Shown piece by piece: positions 59,037-64,000 of a stretch of DNA of 64,000 nt. The position numbers were made by a program, and so were the translations under genes. Every line of letters begins with the position of its first letter. The stretch's first letter is position 1. Source of the stretch: Desulfobacterales bacterium (GTDB taxonomy: Bacteria; Desulfobacterota; Desulfobacteria; Desulfobacterales; SURF-7); assembly GCA_018693105.1 (NCBI GenBank), contig JABHLN010000004.1, forward strand, positions 2,327 through 66,326. The letters run 5' to 3'. The notes beneath the pieces are model-generated. The model had not been told where the DNA came from and made no database searches. It saw only the letters and a program-made list of their open reading frames with translations.

Positions 59037-60944
59037 TCATACTCTGAGCTTTCTGACATCTCCTATCCGTAGCGTAATTTTCTGTGAATCGAAATATTCT
59101 ATCAGGGGGATTGTGTATTTTCGTGAAACACCTGTTATTTCTTTGAGCTGAGGGGTTGTGACCTCACCGTTTTTATTTATAAACTCTACAAGCCGCTTCT
59201 TAAGATTATCTATTGCGCTGGTATGAAAATACAGATCATCTTTTGCCTTTATAATATCCCCTTTTTTTACAAGTAATAGAAGAACATCACCTGCAGCAGA
59301 TACATCTACATCAAGTTCTGAACATAATGCCTTGAAATAAGGAGGTTTAAGATCTGATTTAAGATAAACATCCATAATCTTTTTTCTTATATCTTCCTGG
59401 TCAACCTGGAGGGCTATTTTATAGCCTTCGAGACGTACTGTATCTTCCTCGGTAATAACCTCTTTGTTTTTGATCATTTGATTCAGAAGCAGGTTGAAAA
59501 GTTTTGTGCCTGTTGAAGGGCGGAACTTTGATTTTAGTTCTTCTTTAGGCATTCCGGTCTTTAGGGGGTTGGATTTATGATATTTGGTAAGAAAGTCTAT
59601 TGTTGCTTTCGAAAGCCTGTCCAAAGTTTTTAAATGGATGAAAATTCGCTTCTCCTTGTTCACTTGAATAAGAGTCCTGCTTGATAAAAGGCTTGATAAT
59701 ACGGACTGGAGCTGCTTTTCAGGAAGATTTGCCATGATTTTCAAATCAGAAAACGATACTCCTGTATTACCTGCCTGATCAACATGGTATGAGATGATTT
59801 CATCATTATTACTTTCAACAAGACTTTTAAGTCCATCAGTTACATCTTTGTCAAAAAGTCTATGTTTTTTCGGAACAGGATTAAGTATCTGCCCACCACC
59901 GATTGTTTTTACAGGTGAGTAACTTCTTAAAACGAACCTATCATCCTTGACACATGTCATAGTTGAATCAAGTCTTATCTGCGCCTCAATAGTTTCACCC
60001 GGATGAAGTTCTTCCCTGTCAAGGAGTACCAGTGTGCCCATATTTTCGCGAGTGCCGATGTGAAACCTGAGCTGTGTCCGGTTTTTCAGGGCCTTGGTAT
60101 TGCTTTTCAGGTAGTGTACCGAAATATCCAGCATATAACTTTGTTTCAATGTATCCGGAAGAGCCAATACATCTCCGCGGTTTACCGAAGCCCTCTCAAG
60201 CCCCTGAAAATTTATAGCAGTCCTCATTCCTGATTCTGCTTCATTAACAGATTCGCCGTGGACCTGTAAGCCTCTCACCTTGGATGTAATAAGGTTTGGA
60301 TAGACCATTATCATATCACCCACACTGATTTTACCTGACATGATAGTTCCGGTTATAACAGTACCAAAACCTTTCATTGTAAACACACGATCAACAGGAA
60401 GTCGGAAAAGACTTGACCGGGGACGTTCGGGGACATCAGCGCTTAACTCATCAAGGGTATTGACTAAATCCTTGATCCCTTGTCCTGTTGTTGATGATAC
60501 ATGTACAACAGGTGAATCTTCCAGAAAGGACCCCTGAACGAATTCCCTGACATCTTCAGTTACAAGTTCCATCCATTCTTCATCCACAAGATCAATTTTT
60601 GTAAGAACAACTATGCCGTGTTTTATACCCAGGAGTGTGCATATTTCCATATGCTCTCTTGTCTGGGGCATAACTCCTTCATCGGCTGCAACAATCAATG
60701 CTACGATGTCAATACCGGTAGCACCGGCAACCATGTTCTTTACAAATTTTTCATGTCCTGGAACGTCAACAATTCCGATATGTTGACCGCTGGGGAGTTT
60801 TATGGAGGCAAAGCCCAATTCGATGGTTATACCCCGAAGCTTTTCTTCCTTTAGCCGGTCGGTATCAATACCTGTCATTGCTTTGATAAGGCTTGTCTTT
60901 CCGTGATCAATGTGTCCTGCGGTGCCGAGTATTAGTTGTTTCAA
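59037..60944 (-). CDS. selB: selenocysteine-specific translation elongation factor
   Basis: [27 protein letters not shown] and a long C-terminal winged-helix region. I place the start at TTG 60944 ([11 protein letters not shown]) after GGGAG. The track's extra 14 codons (METFYDAIKHGSWF) begin inside the repeat (its first 25 nt). Confidence 0.88.
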   Translation of the reverse strand: MKQLILGTAGHIDHGKTSLIKAMTGIDTDRLKEEKLRGITIELGFASIKLPSGQHIGIVDVPGHEKFVKNMVAGATGIDIVALIVAADEGVMPQTREHMEICTLLGIKHGIVVLTKIDLVDEEWMELVTEDVREFVQGSFLEDSPVVHVSSTTGQGIKDLVNTLDELSADVPERPRSSLFRLPVDRVFTMKGFGTVITGTIMSGKISVGDMIMVYPNLITSKVRGLQVHGESVNEAESGMRTAINFQGLERASVNRGDVLALPDTLKQSYMLDISVHYLKSNTKALKNRTQLRFHIGTRENMGTLVLLDREELHPGETIEAQIRLDSTMTCVKDDRFVLRSYSPVKTIGGGQILNPVPKKHRLFDKDVTDGLKSLVESNNDEIISYHVDQAGNTGVSFSDLKIMANLPEKQLQSVLSSLLSSRTLIQVNKEKRIFIHLKTLDRLSKATIDFLTKYHKSNPLKTGMPKEELKSKFRPSTGTKLFNLLLNQMIKNKEVITEEDTVRLEGYKIALQVDQEDIRKKIMDVYLKSDLKPPYFKALCSELDVDVSAAGDVLLLLVKKGDIIKAKDDLYFHTSAIDNLKKRLVEFINKNGEVTTPQLKEITGVSRKYTIPLIEYFDSQKITLRIGDVRKLRV

Positions 60945-60961
60945 AAACCAGCTCCCATGTT

Positions 60962-61115
60962 TGATGGCGTCGTAGAAAGTCTCCATATACTGCGTTATAG
61001 CGGTTAATCAGAAGCTCGACATACTACCTGTATGCCTTCACTCCTGATCAACAGCTATGCCTTGTTTATGAAGATTTCTACTTAGCCATCGGTTATACTT
61101 TATACAAGTTCATCA
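60962..61115 (+). mobile_element. Family A element, full length
   Basis: TGATGGCGTCGTAGAAAGTCTCCATATACTGCGTTATAGCGGTTAATCAG...CTGATCAACAGCTATGCC...CTTTATACAAGTTCATCA. Near-duplication in the flanks (TGTT / TATT). Confidence 0.9.
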
Positions 61116-61119
61116 TATT

Positions 61120-61135
61120 TGATGAACCCGTAAAA
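61120..61135 (-). repeat. Solo right-type terminus, back to back with the preceding copy
   Basis: TGATGAACCCGTAAAA, 4 nt after ...GTTCATCA. Confidence 0.6.
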
Positions 61136-61207
61136 CCGTTTGTGGGAAAAAACCCATAACTGTTTAATTGATTATATTAGTTTTGTTATTTAACCAGTCA
61201 AATATCG

Positions 61208-61381
61208 TTAATCTGTTTTCTTTTTGCGCAGATATTCAAAAAAATATGACATTCCTACAAGGAATATTCCTAGTCCGAGTGCCTCAACAATGCTTTTATC
61301 CGGATAAAAAGTTTTGCAGAGAAATACAGCAATTGTAGTTCCCATTATTGTTCTTAATGCTAATTTTATCACTTCGTTCAT
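61208..61381 (-). CDS. possible 57-aa small membrane protein
   Basis: Hand-found ORF: MNEVIKLALRTIMGTTIAVFLCKTFYPDKSIVEALGLGIFLVGMSYFFEYLRKKKTD. Two hydrophobic segments, below the track cutoff. Confidence 0.3.
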   Translation of the reverse strand: MNEVIKLALRTIMGTTIAVFLCKTFYPDKSIVEALGLGIFLVGMSYFFEYLRKKKTD

Positions 61382-61593
61382 TATTTCCTGCTCTTAATTC
61401 TTTTAGTATATAAGCATTAACAAATTAGTATTAACTGACAAAATATGATGATTTCTCAAAAATGTAACCGATGAAGGTTTTATACAACACCGTTTGTTAT
61501 TATTATAGAAGCAACTTTTGGTCAACAATATAGATGTATGATGCTGAAAATAATAGTGATGATTGGTAATAATAAAAAACCTGTATAATTAAC

Positions 61594-61622
61594 TTGAAAA
61601 GATGTGAGTATTTTGGTAGTTT
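61594..61622 (+). promoter_or_regulatory. candidate promoter of the tRNA-His/tRNA-Arg pair
   Basis: TTGAAA, 17 nt spacer, TAGTTT, 13 nt upstream of the tRNA 5' end. Pattern only. Confidence 0.3.
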
Positions 61623-61635
61623 ACGTCTTTCACAT

Positions 61636-61712
61636 GGTGGGTGTAGCTCAGGTGGTAGAGCACTAGGTTGTGGCCCTGGTTGTCGGGGGTTCAAGTCCCC
61701 TCACTCACCCCA
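61636..61712 (+). tRNA. tRNA-His (anticodon GTG), with G-1 and encoded CCA
   Basis: Hand-folded cloverleaf: G-1, acceptor GTGGGTG/CACTCAC, D arm GCTC-AGGTGGTA-GAGC, anticodon arm CTAGG-TTGTGGC-CCTGG, T arm GGGGG-TTCAAGT-CCCCT, then C-CCA. Confidence 0.9.
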
Positions 61713-61722
61713 TAGTTTTTAG

Positions 61723-61799
<77 letters not shown>

Positions 61800-61806
61800 A
61801 TATTAC

Positions 61807-61846
61807 AAGGAGGTAGCCACAGCAGTGGTTAGCTCCTTTTTTTTAT
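61807..61846 (+). terminator. rho-independent terminator after the tRNA pair
   Basis: AAGGAGGTAGCCAC-agca-GTGGTTAGCTCCTT followed by TTTTTTTTATTTTTT. Confidence 0.7.
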
Positions 61847-62034
61847 TTTTTGGAATCAGCTGAATTCTAATAAATTTCCCTCATCCTTGTTGAAAATACA
61901 GCTTATACTCCTATCGGGAAATATTACATCAAGTTATTTTATCTGATTTATATATGTTCTCAAAAGTATTTGTCCTTATAATGTTTTTTTGAAACTTTTT
62001 TTAAAATTAATTTATTTATAATAAAGGAGCAAAC

Positions 62035-62478
62035 ATGAAAAAAATATTGATTGCATATCATAGTAGAAGCGGAACCACTGAAAAAATGGCAAATTATTTA
62101 GCCGAAGGTATTAGAATCGCAGGAAATGATGTGGAAATTGCCAACATATCAACTATAAAAAAAGCAGATCAACTTGCCGGATTTGATGGATTGATTTTTG
62201 GATGCCCCACATATCATAAAGATATGACAGGGGGTATGAAACAATTTCTTTTTGTAGCCGAAAGAGCTAATCTTTTAGGGAAGATCGGCGGAGCGTTCGG
62301 ATCACACACGCATAGCGGTGAAGCAGCTCCCATGGTTTTTGACACCATGCTGCATGTGTTCAAAATGGACATGATAGATCTGGGCCCCTTAAATATGACC
62401 GAAGCACAAATGGAAACAGATGAGGGGACTAAGGCCTGTCAACAGTATGCAAAGGCGTTGTGTGAAAAATTCAGTTAA
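62035..62478 (+). CDS. flavodoxin
   Basis: MKKILIAYHSRSGTTEKMA (FMN phosphate-binding loop) and GLIFGCPTYH; 147 aa. AAGGAG RBS. Confidence 0.8.
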   Translation: MKKILIAYHSRSGTTEKMANYLAEGIRIAGNDVEIANISTIKKADQLAGFDGLIFGCPTYHKDMTGGMKQFLFVAERANLLGKIGGAFGSHTHSGEAAPMVFDTMLHVFKMDMIDLGPLNMTEAQMETDEGTKACQQYAKALCEKFS

Positions 62479-62661
62479 CATCGTCTGTTTTCTTAATGTC
62501 TGACATGTCGCACCGAGTTGAACAACTCGGGAAATGATTCAATGTACGAAAGTTCGATCTTAAGAATCCCTGGCCAAGACGTGATGTTTATCATGATTAA
62601 AGTTCAGGGATTTTTTCTATAATTTTTAGAAGTAGAACAGGTTAATATAAGGAGAGAGTGA

Positions 62662-63318
62662 ATGCTGAAGCTTGGAGAAAAAGGCGCTATACCGCAGAGA
62701 GATAAAGAAACCTATGCTATTGCCCCGCATATTCCATGTGGTGTGGTAACCCCTGACCTTTTGAGGAAAATAGCAGATGTGTCTGAAAAATATAATGCTG
62801 CTGCTTTGAAAATAACCGGTGCAACACGTATTGCAATTGTGGGATTAAAAGAAGAGGATATTGATAGTGCATGGCTTGATCTGGGTCTGGACAAAGGGGC
62901 CGCTGTCGGCATGTGTGTTCGAAGTATACGGACATGTCCCGGTAATACATTCTGCAGGATAGGCAAACAGGATTCACTTGGCATTGGTATGGAACTGGAC
63001 AAAAAATACCATGGTTTTGAACTTCCTGGTAAATTTAAAATGGCTGTTTCCGGATGTCATCTCAGTTGTGCCGAGTCCTGGGTAAGGGACGTTGGCTTGA
63101 TTGGAAAAAAAGATGGTTGGTCATTAACTATAGGGGGTAATGTAGGAGCTCATCCACGTATCGGAGATGAGCTGATAGAAGGTTTGGATGATAAGGCCGC
63201 AATGGATGCGATAGATAAAGTGGTGGTCCATTATCAGGAAAATGCAAAGAAAGGTGAACGTCTGGGTAAAATGATTGATCGTGTAGGACTCGATGGTTTT
63301 AAAGCAGCCGTGAGTTAA
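62662..63318 (+). CDS. small nitrite/sulfite-reductase-family siroheme-[4Fe-4S] protein (low-molecular-weight assimilatory-type sulfite reductase-like)
   Basis: 218 aa with the CX5C...CX3C coupling motif (CPGNTFC ... SGCHLSC). The ~218 aa size matches what I recall for the low-molecular-weight assimilatory-type sulfite reductase of Desulfovibrio. Confidence 0.7.
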   Translation: MLKLGEKGAIPQRDKETYAIAPHIPCGVVTPDLLRKIADVSEKYNAAALKITGATRIAIVGLKEEDIDSAWLDLGLDKGAAVGMCVRSIRTCPGNTFCRIGKQDSLGIGMELDKKYHGFELPGKFKMAVSGCHLSCAESWVRDVGLIGKKDGWSLTIGGNVGAHPRIGDELIEGLDDKAAMDAIDKVVVHYQENAKKGERLGKMIDRVGLDGFKAAVS

Positions 63319-63452
63319 ATTTCTATAAGGAAATTTCAAAGCATATATAATGTATTAATAGTTTTTATGTGCAGTACCAGATAGACATAGCTAATTGGAA
63401 AATACTGAAAATTTTGAAGCCGTGGCGGTGTAATGTCACGGCTTCTTTGTTT

Positions 63453-63989
63453 TTAGGTTGATAGGAATACTTTATATGATCTGTCCCGGCATAGGCGGTG
63501 AACAGTTTGGGCGTGCCAGGTGCCGCGTCCTGATAAGGTTGGAATTTTTTCTTTTACCAGGTGGTTTGCGATATCTTCATAAGTTGCGTTTTTTTCTCTC
63601 ATTTTTGTAATGATTTTGAATATTATTTTACGATTATCATCAAGGGGTCTTTGTTTGTATGGTCCGCGGCGAGTTTTAGATTCTGTTATTGAATTCTTTG
63701 GGGTGAATCCTTCCATGTAGTTTTTTATAATTGAGAAGAAGGTTTCTATGGATTCTGTATTGCGGAGTTCTGCATTTGCTTTCCGCTGTTCTGCTTTGAT
63801 CAGACGTTTCTGATTTTCCACATATTCTATAGCAAACTCCTTTATTGATGGTGTAAGTTCATCCGGTATAAGGCTTGACCCTGCCATCGGTTCAGATTTT
63901 CTCCTATTATCGGATCTTCTCTCCCGATCATTATAATGGCTTATATTCCGGATAAATTCCTGATCTTTGTTATTTTTATAATTGCTCAT
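63453..63989 (-). CDS. hypothetical protein with a possible C-terminal DNA-binding (HTH/recombinase-like) region
   Basis: 178 aa, basic. ATYEDIANHLVKEKIPTLSGRGTWHAQTVHRL resembles the HTH plus G..W...V pattern of recombinase-associated domains. GGAGA RBS. No catalytic domain visible. Confidence 0.45.
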   Translation of the reverse strand: MSNYKNNKDQEFIRNISHYNDRERRSDNRRKSEPMAGSSLIPDELTPSIKEFAIEYVENQKRLIKAEQRKANAELRNTESIETFFSIIKNYMEGFTPKNSITESKTRRGPYKQRPLDDNRKIIFKIITKMREKNATYEDIANHLVKEKIPTLSGRGTWHAQTVHRLCRDRSYKVFLST

Positions 63990-64000
63990 ATGATCTCCTG

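Noticed and set aside
60945-60986. 14-codon N-terminal extension of selB in the ORF track
   Set aside because: Its first 25 nt, including the ATG, lie within the repeat. The canonical SelB N-terminus ([17 protein letters not shown]) starts at TTG 60944 with a GGGAG RBS.
4772-61135. Could the dispersed repeats be a CRISPR array or arrays?
   Set aside because: The units are 140-160 bp, internally palindromic, and scattered singly between genes in both orientations with irregular spacing of kilobases. There are no short regularly spaced repeats and no cas genes.
61136-61635. Looked for tRNA-Sec (selC) next to selB, and for in-frame TGA selenoprotein genes in the window
   Set aside because: No ~95-nt tRNA-like structure with a long acceptor or extra arm is visible. 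I also saw no pair of adjacent same-frame ORFs separated by a single TGA. selA, selC and selD are presumably elsewhere.
62513-62530. Hairpin CCGAGTTGAACAACTCGG after the flavodoxin gene as a terminator
   Set aside because: The stem is short, the loop tiny and no T tract follows, so support is insufficient.
63453-63989. Calling the 178-aa protein an integrase or recombinase that marks a genomic island at the tRNA genes
   Set aside because: No catalytic serine or tyrosine recombinase domain is present, and no att-like repeat of the tRNA 3' end is seen in the window. I keep only the HTH-like resemblance.

Overview
About 64 kb of AT-rich chromosomal DNA (roughly mid-30s % GC by eye). Gene content suggests an anaerobic, probably sulfate-reducing Desulfobacterota-type bacterium: glpK-glpABC, selB, a small siroheme sulfite reductase, a DUF362/polyferredoxin pair, an ADP-forming acyl-CoA synthetase and an MglA-like GTPase. 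This taxonomic guess is inference only.

I support about 50 protein genes, mostly housekeeping: pgi, pepA, manA, ispF, cysS, uvrB, uvrC, purC, galU, a class II aldolase, hemW and selB. There are also acyl-CoA metabolism genes, two tRNA genes (His-GTG, Arg-TCG), three hairpin terminators and a few weak promoter candidates. I see no rRNA, CRISPR array, transposase, integrase or recognisable defence system.

The most unusual feature is non-coding. The intergenic DNA is densely populated with related 140-160 bp long-hairpin, MITE-like repeats, which I call families A, B, C and D/F. There are at least 15 full-length copies plus many fragments, about 2.9 kb by hand count.
- Family A keeps its inner stem through compensatory base changes between copies.
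- Several copies have 4-5 bp target-site duplications.
- The terminal TGA of an element serves as the stop codon of five genes.
- Copies are nested or rearranged in two hot spots.

Notable coding features:
- an acyl-CoA dehydrogenase / 2x[4Fe-4S] / nitroreductase fusion protein
- an MglA-like GTPase + DUF4388-cNMP + PilZ module
- a repeat-flanked SprT/DUF2786 cassette
- an uncharacterised glycosyltransferase-HAD-DUF89-like operon

All calls rest on reading the sequence and ORF translations. No database search was possible. Repeat ends are accurate to about 3-5 bp.
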